This document shows, in pieces, positions 23,501 through 37,600 of a stretch of 64,000 nt of DNA. The notes below the pieces were generated by a model, which saw only the letters and a list, made by a program, of their open reading frames with translations, did no database searches and was not told where the DNA came from. The stretch covers positions 17,236,001 through 17,300,000 of the forward strand of contig OX597830.1 of assembly GCA_951406725.2 (NCBI GenBank), given 5' to 3'. Position 1 is the stretch's first letter, and every line of letters begins with the position of its first letter. The stretch is from Octopus vulgaris (taxonomy: Eukaryota). The translations under genes were made by a program, and so were the position numbers.

Positions 23501-26500
23501 CGGGTGAAATGCTTAGCGGTATTTTGTCTGCCGTTACGTTCTGTGTTCAAATTCTGCCATGGTCGAGTTTGCCTTTCATCCTTTCGGGGTCGATTAAATA
23601 AGTACCAGTTATGCACTGGGGTCAATGTAACTGATTTAATCCCTTTGTCCTTGCTTGTCCCCTCTATGTTTAGCCCCTTGTGGGTAGTAACGAAATAGGT
23701 ATTTCGTCTGCCGCTATGTTCTGAGTTCAACTTCCGCCGAGGTCGACTTTGCCTTTCATCCTTTCGGGGTCGATAAATTAAGTACCAGTTACGCACTGGG
23801 GGTCGATATAATCGACTTAATCTGTTTGTCTGTCCTTGTTTGTCTCCTCTGTGTGTAGCCCCTTGTGGGTTGTAAAGAAATAGGTACAGGTGTAAAGCTA
23901 CCTTTTCAAGTCATGCTGACCCATAAGGGCTGGTTCCCTGGTTTCTGTGGTGTTTAAATTCCCTACCTGTATGGGATACTGGTCTGGCACAGGGTTACTC
24001 CCAGCTAAGTGGACTGGATCAGTGTGAAATGAAGTGTTTTGCTTAAGAACACAATGTGTTGCTTGGTCCAGTAATCGAAACCACGATTATGGGTTCAAAC
24101 TGAGCCATAGTTATTTTTTCCCTTTTCATCAGACCTTTGAAAGCGATGCTCCTGCATCGCCGCTTCTTTTAATAACTTGAACAATAACTTATATATTGCT
24201 ATGGAATGGTAAGAATTTTTCTTATTTCCCTTGGAACAAGAATATTTGTTGCCCTCCAATTTTTTTATTCTCGGCCAGCAAATTTATATTTATATAAACA
24301 ATTCGTTTATGTAAAGGGAGGTAAGTGGTCAGCTCTCGTTACAAGTATTACACATGGTCTCCCTTACTCGTCAACAGTCCAGATAGAGTTGTCTTTCTTC
24401 CTTCGAGGTTAAAAAAAAAAAATACAGAATCCAATAAAATTGGTTATGATTTTTGCTGACAAAACATTTTAAAGTTTTTGAGTTTAATATGGTCTGCGGT
24501 TAACAGGAAATCTAACGGTTTAGGACAGCAGCTTGACTTTATTTAATACATTCTTCTACGAAAAGAACCAGTAAAAGATTTTCCCCTTCTCTCAAATGAA
24601 GGGACAGTCTCATTTATAGTCACCTGTAATCCTAGAACGAACTATGATGGCCTGGCGTCCTGTCCAGGGAGGAATACATATATGCCAGAGAAACCGAGAA
24701 ACTGGCCTTATGCTCCTTATGGAGTGATGTGAACTAATCGTAATCTTAGAAACCATGACATCTTAAATTATCATCAATAATATTAATACTCTTTTACTTG
24801 TTTTAGTCATTTGACTGCGGCCATGCTGGAGCACTGCCTTTAGTCGAACAAATCGACCCCCAGGACTTATTCTTTGTAAGCCTAGTACTTATTCTATTGG
24901 TCTCTTTTGCCGAACCGCTAAGTTACGGGGACGTAAACACACCAGCATCGGTTGTCAAGCGATGTTGGGGGGACAAACACAGACACACAAACATACACAC
25001 ACATACATATATATATATATACGACAGGCTTCTTTCAGTTTCCATCTACCAAATCCACTCACAAGGCTTTGGTTGGCCCAAGGCTATAGTAGAAGACATT
25101 TGCCTATACGCTAACTTTTTGTGTTTGTATGTACCTCTTGTGTGCGTCACACTTCAAAGGTGTGGCAAAGCGAGTGAGAGGAGGAGAGAGAGGAAGTAAG
25201 AGGGACAGTGAGTGGTGATGGCGTTTGTTGTGTTTTTAAATGTTTCAGAGAGGAAGTAAGAGAGAATGAGTGAAAGAGACAGTGAGTGGTGACGGCGTTT
25301 GTTTTGTGTTTTTAAATGTTTATCACATCGCAAGAGAAGTAAATACAGAGATACATATACACATTGTTAAATCAAAAGCCAGAGAGAATAGGGACACAAA
25401 AGAAGTGAGAGTGACAGTAGATACATAAATCCAAAGGAAAGTTCATACATAGAGACAGCAAATATTGGCTGTAAATTTCACTTTTCATTACCACATGAGG
25501 ATAAAATTAACTCACAAATGGCTGAGTACTCCACAGACATGGATAACATTAACATAGTTCTCAGGGAGATTCAGCCTCACACAGAATATGACAAGGCTGG
25601 CCCCTTTGAATTACAGCTACAACTCGAGACATATATATGAATGTATTTGTGTGTGTGTATAGTTTAGACTAGTTAAAACATATTTGCAATTACCAAACTT
25701 TCATTCACGAATCTATTTATTATTTCATTCTTTTGCATTTCAATTTGTACATTTTGTACCCAGAAATTTTCAACAACTGCATGCCAGAAGAAATGGAAAA
25801 AAAACGAGCAATTTTATCTCCTAAAAATTCTGACTGTCTTGCAAGAATTGAAAAAGTTCTTCCCCAGCCAATCCCCAAACTGCACCCCCTTTCCCCTCCT
25901 TTTCCACCCCTCCACCCTACCCCTGCGTCGGAGGCTTCTACAGGCCTTCTGTCGTCTCCAGTTAGATTCCATCACTCACCCCATTTCCCCCAACCCACCT
26001 TTGTCCTCCTTTAAATGCGCCCGTAACCTACATGATCTACTGGTCCATAGCATTTTCTCCACCACCTAGCCCCACCCAGACCCTTCCCTTGCTCTAGATT
26101 CCGCTGCAACACCTGCCCTTTCATCACCTATACCACCTCCTTCACTGGAAACCAACCAGCTCACTCTCCACATTAGAAACCCCTTCTCCTGCCCCTCTTC
26201 CAGCCTTATCTATTGCAATAGATGTAATCTCTGCAATAAAATTTACATTGGTCAGCTGGGCCGCTGGCTGGCCGACCGGTTCACCAAACATCTATGAGAT
26301 GTTCGGCTACACACGAACACCCCCCATTGCTCGTCATTCCTGCTTGGCCAACCACTCCACCCCTAATATCTCCGTTTTTGGCCTCGCCCTGCACCACGGA
26401 TCCATACACTCCTGACTCTGCCTGGAATAGCATTACATTTTCAGTCTACAAACAGGGGGTTGTGTTGAGTCATTTCGGCCTCAACACAGCCCCCTCCTTT

Positions 26501-29500
26501 TAACGACTGTCTCTACACCCTCCTTAAAAAGAAAAAAAACACTTTTTATTTTATTTAATCTTATTTTATCCTCTCTTATAACCCACTTACTTTTTTACAC
26601 TATTACCATTTTTTCGATTTTTTTATCGTTTTTTTTCCGTCTAATATTTTACTTTTTAATTGTATTAATTTTTTTATAATTGTATTAATTTCTATTTTAA
26701 CCTTTTAATTTTAATTTGTTTATTTATTTAATTTATTTTTTTGTTTTTTATCTCGTATCTATTATTTTTTTGTTTTTTATTCATTTTTTATTTTTACATC
26801 TTCTACCCTTCCCACTTTTATTCCTTTTTTATTGATCTTATTTATTTTATTTTATTTCATTATACATGCACACGTACGTACATGCACACACATGAAGGCA
26901 CATATACCTCTTACACACGACACACACAGAAACGTACATACACCTCCACATACACAACCCCGTGCACATATATGCACACACAAAACACATACATGTGCAT
27001 ATGTGCACACACACACACACATACCTAACACAACCCCACGCACACATGCACACGCACGCACATACACGCAAAGAACGCACATATACCTCCACACACAACC
27101 CCATGTAATCACACACACACACACATACATGCACACATACACATACCACACATACATGAGCGCATACACACCTCCTACTCATACATACACGCACACATTT
27201 ACACATACATGGTCATACACATATGCACATACATTCAAACACACACACAGGAACGCATATATAACTCCACACACACACAGACGCATGCACACACCACACA
27301 AAACACACACACATAGCATATACGTACACGCACACATATATTTCAAACTGCCAATCAAACACCTTTCTACTGACCATTCTTCCAGGCACAAGTGAAGAGA
27401 CACACAACTACACAAAAGACCACCACTCCTGTCACCTTGCTGCTGAATTCTTCCTTACAACATTGACACAAAAGTTCACTCACACATAGACATATAAACA
27501 GCCAACACCACACAAACATACACACACATACACCTCCTTCTCTTACACTCTCCTGTCTTGGAAAGAACTGTTTCTTCATCCATTCCTTTCCAGTCATTTC
27601 AAAGGCGATTTTTTTTTTCCCTCCATATTCCTTTTCTATTGCATTTTCCTATTGGATGTTCCTGAAGAAGAGCTTTGCTTGAAACATAAAACCGCCTTTC
27701 TTTTCTTCCCTGAACGTCTGCTAATACTTTACATGTACCACGTACTCGCTTTGTTTTTTTGTTTTTGTTCTTCGTTGTTTTTGGATTTACTATATATATA
27801 TATATATATATATATATCTTTATTTATTTACTTGCAGTAAACTAAATTCAATGTTTGAAGGAAGTTCACAGCATGATGCTCAGGAATTTCTGCAGTTTAT
27901 ACTGTACCATTTACAGGAAGCCGAGAAGTTACTTAAGAAGGCGTCAGCCAGTGAAGCCAACAGCAGCAGCAGCAGCGGCAGTGGCAACACCAGCAGTAGT
28001 AACAGTAGAAGCAACAGCAGCAGCAATTTCAATGGTACTGCTTCACCTGTTTCTCTCTCCTCTTCAAGTGAGAACATCTCCTCTACATCTGGGACACTAA
28101 GCACTGACAACAGTGCGTTTGTAAGCAACAAGACTATGGTCAACAACAGCGAGCCATCCTGTGATGGCTTGCACTTATTACCTCCCACTGAAATAGCTTT
28201 ATCTCCAAATTGCTCCATCAGCCCCGATGTCATTGTACGCAGTTATTCATTAGACGACTTGAGTTCTACTTTACACACATCTTCATCTTCATCACAGAAG
28301 ACGTCTGAGTCTGCCCTCACTGACCAATGCCCTGCCACTCATCAGTCGGACAAAACGTCTGACTTTAAAACTAATTTATTAAAACACCAATGCGTATCTT
28401 CTCTTGACGATGCTAACTCTGTTTCAGAGTTTGGGACATCTACATTAACTAAACTGCAGTCTGGTCTTGATTCCAGTAGCCACAACAGTCACACTAATGG
28501 TATTTCTTCTGTGGGAGGTACCAGGGTATTCTCTGCGGAAGACACAAAGCTTTCTTCAACAGAGGATTCAAAGTCTGCTTCTGTGGAGGATGTGAAGTCT
28601 TCCTCTGTGGTGGATAAAAAATCTACCTCTGTTAAGGACAAGAAGTGTGTCTCTGAAGAGGGTTCTAAATCAGCTTCTGTGGAAGGTGTAAAACATGTTT
28701 CTGTCGTGGATAGTAAATGTGCTTCCTTGAAGGACACAAACTGCATCTCCATGGAATACACTAACTGTACCTCAGAGGACGACACAAAATGTATCATTGT
28801 GGAGGATAAAAAGTCTACCTTCAAGAAAGACAGAGATTGCATCCTTAGCAGGGGCATAAAATTCGTCCAGGTGGACGACACTCAGGATATCTACATGGAA
28901 GACATTTCAGATAAAAAGTTAGTGCCTGTTGAAAACCCGAAGAGCAACTCTTTAGATAACATGAAGGACAGTTCTGCTCTGAAGGAGGTTACGAAGCCGA
29001 CTTGTGAGACAGATGCAAGGCAAGTCAGGGGGGAGGACATGCTGTTAAAAAGTAGCTCCTCCTCCTCCTCCTTCATCCTTACTCCTCCTCTTACACCTCT
29101 CTCTGCGAAATGCTTTACCATTGAAGCTGCTGTAACAAATGGGAAAATTGGTGTAAATGGGCCCCTTTCTGTCGGTCAGTATTCTTCGAAAGCCACCCAC
29201 CCAACCCCTCTCCTGTCACAGTCACAGGCATCTCCCTCATCTTCAGCACCGGTGCCTCACTGCCATTCTGCCTCTGCCCCACTACCTCCCTCCACACTTT
29301 CCCCTTGTCTTTCTCCCCCGCCTCCTCTGTTGGAAAACTCCTGCCATTCACCTGGAAACTGTCCCACGATTCAGACTACCGCTTCCGTTACTGCCACCGA
29401 CAACACCATAAACAGTGCCACCGCCACTACCACCACCACCTCCACCACCATCACTACCACTTCTACTAACACAAACGCTACTGACACAAACACTGCTAGC

Positions 29501-30058
29501 ACCACCACCACCACCACTGCAAATGCTAACAACAACAACAACAACAGCCATACATACAGCAAAAACAACAACAAGAAAACTAAATCAAAAAACACAGTGT
29601 CGTTACACAATGGTATGAGTAAGAACCAAGTACGTCAAATCTGGAATTCTTTTGTGAAGCTGGAAAAATGTGACTTGGTGTGCAACAGTGCCCTCAGTTC
29701 TGTAAATGTCTATTACGCCATCGAGTGCCTTAATACAGGGAACTCTTTGAAAAAAAAGAAGGATTTTGTCAAACAGCTGTTTCTCGGGACCATCTTGTCA
29801 AGGACTCGCTGTCTGGAGTGTGAAAAGTCAAGTGAAAAGCCCGAGGAATTCCTTGAGGTCAGTGTTCCGTTGAAGAAAACCTCAAATCCCTTAAGGAACA
29901 GTGATGGAGAAAGCAGTGATCCCGAAAATGAAGGTATGTTTATTGGTCTTATTATGCTGAGGTAAACTTTGCCTTTTATCTTTTCAGGGCTGATAAACTA
30001 AGTACAAATTGCTGGCTTTGCACCAAAATTTGAAACTATTATCATCATTGTTATTATA

Positions 30059-30097
<39 letters not shown>

Positions 30098-32406
30098 GAG
30101 TGAGAGAGCAGTGCATGCCATCAAAGTGACACTGGGGTAAAATATAGGAAACCCAGTATATCCAGCATGTCTACCTGTCTGATAAGAGTACATCAGGCAC
30201 ATGCATCACAACCATGTGCGCGACATGGTGATCTCATATCAAGATAAACAGCGCATGATCTTGCAGGTAGGGCCCAGTTAGAATTTTCTTCAGGTCAAGT
30301 AGCCCCCGCCCACTCAAAAAGGTCCCCGAGTAAGGGTTGTTTAAGGATGTTGAATGAACCACCTATGTTTCCAGAGGTGAATTATTCAAACTCCAAAGAA
30401 TCCCTCTCAACACATGGCTATGATGCTCCCCCACTACTTCTGCTCGTAATCAGAGATACACATATCATCAGCCACAAAAGACATGGTCAACTGGTTAAGG
30501 TCAAACAACTGACAAGCAAATCTGTGGTATTGAACAGAATATTTGCTGTAGCCCATCTTTTATACCAAGACAAAACAATGTGCATGATAACACTTCCAAT
30601 CAGTTAAGATCAGAAGCCATGAGAGCAATAGCCTGGTACTACATCAGGGCATTTATAATTGTTATTATTATTATCATCAAATTTTACTTCTCAGAGCTCT
30701 CGATCTTATTTGCTCCAATTAATTTTGTTAGAGCAGACAGCAGCCATGTCTCAGAGGGTCTCTTCCCACAAATTATAAGACTTGGTACTTATGTCAAACA
30801 TTGTCAATCTCAAAATCTTTGCTGTCCCCAGTAGAGCAGTTTTTTGAGCATGTTCTACCCTCATGTCAGTTCCGATTTCTTTGACATATTTCTTGAACTT
30901 GGTTGTTAGTGCTGCTCTGAGTGCCCCTAGAACTACTGGGATCACAATTACTTTCTTCATTGCCCACATTCTTGCAATTTCGTCTTTTAGTAACTTGGTT
31001 TTTTTTCCACCTTTTCCAGCCCTTTGTCACCTATGCGTGCACCCCCAGGTACGGCAATATATATAATCTCAGTTTCTTTCTTCCTTTTATCTGCTACAAC
31101 AATTTCCAGTCTTTTGGCATCAGTTAGTGAGTCACCTTGGGTTGTAAAGTCCCACACGATCTTATATTCGTTATTCTGTGACACCTGGTTTATGGTCATG
31201 CCATTTTCCATTTTCTTCCACTACCATACTTCTCACACAATCTCCAGTGAACAAACTTGTCCGCATTATCTTTGCTCCTTTCATATTCCTTTTGGGCCAG
31301 TTTGCTACACTCACAACACGTGAGATTATTTCGTTTTCGCTGCCACACATCCTACAAAGGATCTTATATATTTGGAACTTGGTGTATTCAGTCTTCAGAG
31401 CTTGTTCCTGGGTGCCGCATATCAGTGCCTCAGTGCATCCTTTGAGATCACTTTTCCTTTGCTACCTCCAGGTGTTGTCTTTTCCTTTGATTTCTCAGGT
31501 ATTTCTCTTTGCATTGTCTTCGTTTTCCACTTGTTTAATCTTTGTTCTTCATTTTTGTTTCTTAAACGTTTTTGGGTGCGTTAATAATAATGTTTCATGA
31601 AGATTGATGTAACTCTTCACAATAAGAAGAGTGCGATGTGATATCCTTAAATCTTTAAAAATGTTTTAGCCCGAAGGCCGCGGCCATGCTGGGGCACCGA
31701 ACCCAAAGATGGTGGAACTGCCAAAATGTTGTTCAGTTCAATAAACAAAATTTAACTTCTAAAATAAATATTGCATTTATTGTTGTATTTAGGAATGGTC
31801 ATTTTGCCAGTTTAGCCAATAAAAACACATGCACTATATATTTGGTGTTACTTTGCTTCAGCGTTATTCATTTTTTACATTAATCTTAATCTTATTTCGG
31901 CCAGAGTTCTTTCGTCACATTTCTGTGACCTCATCAGTGGTCCTTTGCTTTCTTCTTTCTTATTTGTGTGTCTCTCCTTACTAACGGTCAGCCATTTTGT
32001 ATATAAATAACGCTGAAGCAAATTAACACCAAATATATAGTGCGTGTGTTTTTATTGGCTAAACTGGCAAAATGACCATTCCTAAATACAACAATATCTG
32101 TTTCAACACACGATTTCACATCAAAAAATCTTGCACAACAAATAAATATTGCATTGTTTTCTTCTTATTGTAATAATAATAATAATAATAATTAATAATT
32201 AATAATAATTAATAATAATAATAATTAATAATAATTAATAATAATAATAATTAATAATAATTAATAATAATATTAATAATAATTAATAATAATAATAATT
32301 AATAATAATTAATAATAATTAATAATAATAATAATTAATAATAATTAATAATAATATTAATAATAATTAATAATGATTAATAATAATAATAATAATTAAT
32401 AATAAT

Positions 32407-32443
<37 letters not shown>

Positions 32444-33734
32444 CTGTTTTTTTCCTTCATCTTCAATATGGCAGACAGCTCTGATCAGAACACATTGATC
32501 AGCTTCATCTCGTCTTTCTCTGAAGTGGAGAAACTGCAGGGTGACAATAAATACTACTGCGACAGTTGCTACAACTACGTGGAGGCTGATCGATCTCTTC
32601 ATTACGATACCTTGCCAGACATTCTTACTGTACACCTGAAACGATTCTCAGCATCTTCAGAGTAAGTCTTCCTCCGTTTGTCCATTTTTTTATTTTTATA
32701 CCTTTGGGTTTCTTTGTTTTTTTTTTTTTTATTTGTTGTCTTAATTTTCTGTATGTAGACACAGGCATAGCTGTGTGCTAAGAAGTTTACTTCCCAACCA
32801 TATAGTCATGAGTTCAGTCCTGCTATGGGCAAGTATCTTCTATTATAACCTCAAGCCAGCCAGTGCCTTGTGAGGAAATTTGGTAGATGAAAACTGAAAG
32901 AAGCCCTTCGTATATATATTTAATGTGTGTGTGTGTGCGTGAATTGAGAAATTACTGTTACACAGTTGGCCTGTCACGAAAAGGATAATAATTATTACCC
33001 ATCAGAAGTCGTGGCCGTTGCCAGCGCCGCCCCGACTAGCCTCCGTGCCGGTGGCACATAAAAAGCACCATCCGATCGTGGCCTTTTGCCAGCCTGGCCT
33101 GGCCTCTGTGCCGGTGGCATGTAAAAAGCACCATCTGATTGTGGCCGTTTGCCAGCCTTGCCTGGCACCTGTGTTGGTAGCATGTAAAAGCACCCATTAC
33201 ACTCTCAGAGTGGTTGGCGTTAGGAAGGGCATCCAGCCATAGAAGCCATGCCAAAACAGACTGGAATCTGGTGCAGCCTTCCAGCTTGCCAGTCCGGGTC
33301 AGACTGTCCAACCCATGCCAACATGGAAAGCGGATGCTAAACGATGATGATGATGATGATGATGATGATTGAAATAAAGTATCAGTCATGTACTGGGGTT
33401 GATTTAGTCAACTAACTCTTTCCCTCTAAATTTCAGGCTCTGTGCCTCTATGTCAGAAACAACTATTATATTATAATAGTTGTTTTATAATATTATTTAC
33501 TCTCTTTACTCTTTTACTTGTTTCATTCAGTTGACTAGCCATGCTGGAGCACTGCCTTTAGTCGGGCAAATTAACCCAAAGACTTATTCTTTGTAAGCCT
33601 AGTACTTATTCTATCGGTCTCTTTTGCTGAACTGCTAAGTTACAGGGACGTAAACACACCACCATCGGTTGTCAAGCGATGTCGGGGAGACAAACACAGA
33701 CACACAAACATATATATATAAACATATATATATT

Positions 33735-33818
<84 letters not shown>

Positions 33819-34595
33819 TACGACGGGTTTCTTTCAGTTTCCATCTACCATATTCACTCACAAGGCTTTGGTCAGCCCAAGGCTATTGTAGACGACACTT
33901 GCCTATGGTGCCACGCAATGGGACTGAACCTGGAACCATGTGTTTGGTAAGCAAGCTACTTACCACACAGCCACTCCTACGCCTATTATAATCATGTTGG
34001 CATGCTTGAAAAGAAGACCCATCAAGTCAAGTGAAACCGCAGTTGTAGCAGATACCAGTGTCACGCAAATGGCACCTGTGTTGGTAGCATGTAAAAGCAC
34101 CCATTACACTCTCAGAGTGTTTGGTGTTAGGGAGGGCATCCAGCCATAGAAACCTTGCCAAAACAGACTGGAGTCTGGTGCAGCCTTCCAGCTTGCCAGC
34201 TCTGATCAGACCGTCGAACCCATGCGAGCATGGACAATGGACATTAAATGATGATGATAATGATTATATGTATATATATATATATATATATATGTGAAGG
34301 CGCATGGTTCAGTGGTTAGGGTATTTGGCTTGTGATCGTAGGGTCGTGAGTTTGATTCCCAGCGACGCGTATGTCTCTTGAGCAAGACACTTTATTTCAC
34401 ATTACTCCAGTCCACTCAGCTGGCAAAAATGAGTAGTACCTGTATTTCAAGGGGCCAGCCTTGTCACACTCTGTGTCACACTGAATCTCCCTGAGAAGTA
34501 TGTGAAGGGGTATGTGTGTCTGTGGAGTGCTCAGCCAATCTGTTCTATTGATTGGATCAACTGGAACCCTTGTCTTCGTAAACAATGGAGTGCCA

Positions 34596-34645
<50 letters not shown>

Positions 34646-37600
34646 TGGTCCTGTGCTCCTTACAGAGTAATGTGGACTGACCAACTTAACCTTGATAGGG
34701 CTGTGTCAAGTAGAGCTGTTATGAGCTGTTACTTTGTCTTTCCTTGCCTCTCACCCCTTTCCATGTCTAGCTACAAATGATTTCTTCCAGTGGGAGAGAG
34801 AAGAAATGACCCCAGTACATGAACAATATTTTACTCATCAACCCCCAAAGGATGAAAGGCACAGTTGACCTTGGTGGTATTTGAACTCAGAGCAGAGAGT
34901 TGGAATAATTATTGTAAGGCAGTCCATCCGAATCTCTAATGACCAATTCTCTGTCTCTTATTTTATATTGTATCTAAACAATTGCGATTCAGACAGCATC
35001 ATCATTATCATCAGTGTAAAATGAAAGAATGCTAGAATTAGGATTTGGGGTTAAGCTCTTATCTAGTGATGGTATTTTGATACCAGCAATATTAGATGTT
35101 GATTCAATTCATTTTACCTTTTTCTCTCTTTCCCTAATATACAGGGTGTCCACAAAGTCTGGGTACATAACATAAGAATTAAATATAAGAAATAATAATT
35201 TCTTAAAGTATGTGTTAATCCCATGGGGTACATGGAGTAAACAAAATCATAACATAAACAATTAAATATAAGAAATAATAATTTCTTAAAGTATGTGTTA
35301 ATCCCCATGTACCCAGACTTTGTGGACACCCTGTATATTAAAATTTGCATTTGGTCTGAGCATAAAGTTCTTCATTGTTTTTTTTTTTTGTTTCTCTCAG
35401 AATTGGACTAATGTGTAAAATCAATGATCATGTGGATATTCCCCTTTCCTTGCCATGCCTTCTTTATAAATGCCCCAAAGACTGCTATCGTCAGGATCAT
35501 CGGTAAGATATTTTTTCTCCTTTTATTCAAAATTACACAAGTTCTTTGATTATCATATTTGACAGTATATAACCTGCACATTTTTTTTTTTATATAGAAA
35601 AAGACCTTTTTCCTTACAAAAACATTATTTAGAAAATAGTTGATTTTTCTTGTTATGAAAATATATTTTTCTATAAAAAGTAACTTTTGCATAAAAAAAT
35701 GGGATGTTTAAATATTTTTATTTTGTTTTTAAAAAAATTATCACATTGTACAATGTTAAATCTGGTAGTTCCTGTTTGTGTTTCACCATCATCAATATTA
35801 TCATCATCATCATTTAACGCCTGTTTTCCTTGCTGACATGGTTTGGATAGTTTGACAGGAACTGGAAAGTCAGAAGACTGGGATCTTTTCGGTTTGAACG
35901 GCAGTTTTTTCTAGCGGTATCATATGAAATTGTCACCCATAATTATAACCCTAGTATCGATCTATTGCATTTCAATCTGTTTTAGGGTTAGGGGTGGGGG
36001 GGGGGGAGGGTATATTTTTTTTCTTCACAAATGTAAATAAACCCAATCTGTTTCTTAAACGAGGGACATATTCATACGGCACAGAATGTTTTTTACCTCA
36101 ATGGACATCGTTGATTAGTTGAAATTGCAGAAATTGAAGAAAAAAAAGCAACAAATATCTTACAAACTATAGAATTTTCTCAATAAAGCCAAGAGAAAAA
36201 AAGATGTTTTATAAACACATTCTACCAGTATACGAAGTTTAAAACTTTTTAGTTACCTAGAAATTATATGTTAAAAACTGCCATTCAAACCGTAAAGATC
36301 CGAAGACTGTACCAAATTTCACTGTCTGTTTTGGCAGGGCTTTTATGACAGGATACCATTCCTAATGCAAAACATTACTGATTGGAATAGGTAATTCTTA
36401 TTTGGCACCAGCACTAGCGTGATCAGTTTTGGTATGGTTTTCAAGGCTGGATGCCCTTCCTTAATGCCAACCACTTTACAGTGTGGACTGGATGCTTTGT
36501 ACATGATACCAAAAATAGCCAAGTTGATAGGATAATAGATTGCCAACTCAGTTTCGAGTTCATATTGATTGTTAATTCTTTGTGTTTCTGGTCACAGCAC
36601 CTTAATTTACTGTGCTTTACACTTCACATAGCTGACCGAAATAGGTACCAGGCCATCTGGGAATGCTACCTATGATACATTAGTTTTTTTCTATAAGGTT
36701 GATATGGATGGGCGGCACAACATATGACAGCATTGGCTTGTTAAACACTCTTGTGCTTTAAAAGAATATTTCTATTTAATTTATAAGCACAGAGACACCA
36801 GCTGCTTGTAGACAGCAGTCAATGAGAGAGCTTCTATGTGCTTGGTCAACATGCTAGAAATAGCTGTTAAATTTCCTTCAAATCATCCCACCATCTTCAA
36901 AAAATGAGGTTACATTAGATAATATAGTCCTGGCTGTATTGGTCTGAATAAAAGCAGGTTTTTGAACAGAGGTCTACTCGATCAGGGCTAACATGGGGTT
37001 AAATAAGGAACAGCAACAAATTCCTTTATAGCTTCCAAAGAGCCAGGATTAGAGGGACAGGTATTATATAGGTAAAAATAGAATAATCCAACCCACAAGG
37101 GACATAACAAAGTGAGAATGACCTCCCAGTGTGACATGATTACAATTGATCAAACACTGAGTAACTGTATTGTTGTATTGATAAACAGAAAACAGCAGAG
37201 AAATATGAAAATCTTGATTTAATATAAACAGGAAAAAAATTAAAGCATTAAAGACTATTGAAGCTATAAATGACAACTAATATCTTGTCATCTTAAGACT
37301 GACTGTTAGGAGCTGTATTTCATTCTTAATGTGTTTCTTTAGTAATTGAAATACTTCAAGTGGAATTTTTTCCTCTCGTCTGGTTATCAAGTGTCTTCAG
37401 CTGTTCTTCTACATCATTGCTTGGCCTGCTAGAAATAGCATTCACACACTCGACTGACTTGAAGAAAATTGGACAGATACATAGAAAAATGTAGTTTTCA
37501 ATACAGTATGTTTCACTAAGAAGATGGGAAGGTCATGGCTGAATTGCCTTAAGTAATAGGTCTGCTTAACCAGTGCTAATCTGGAGATAAACAAACTAGG

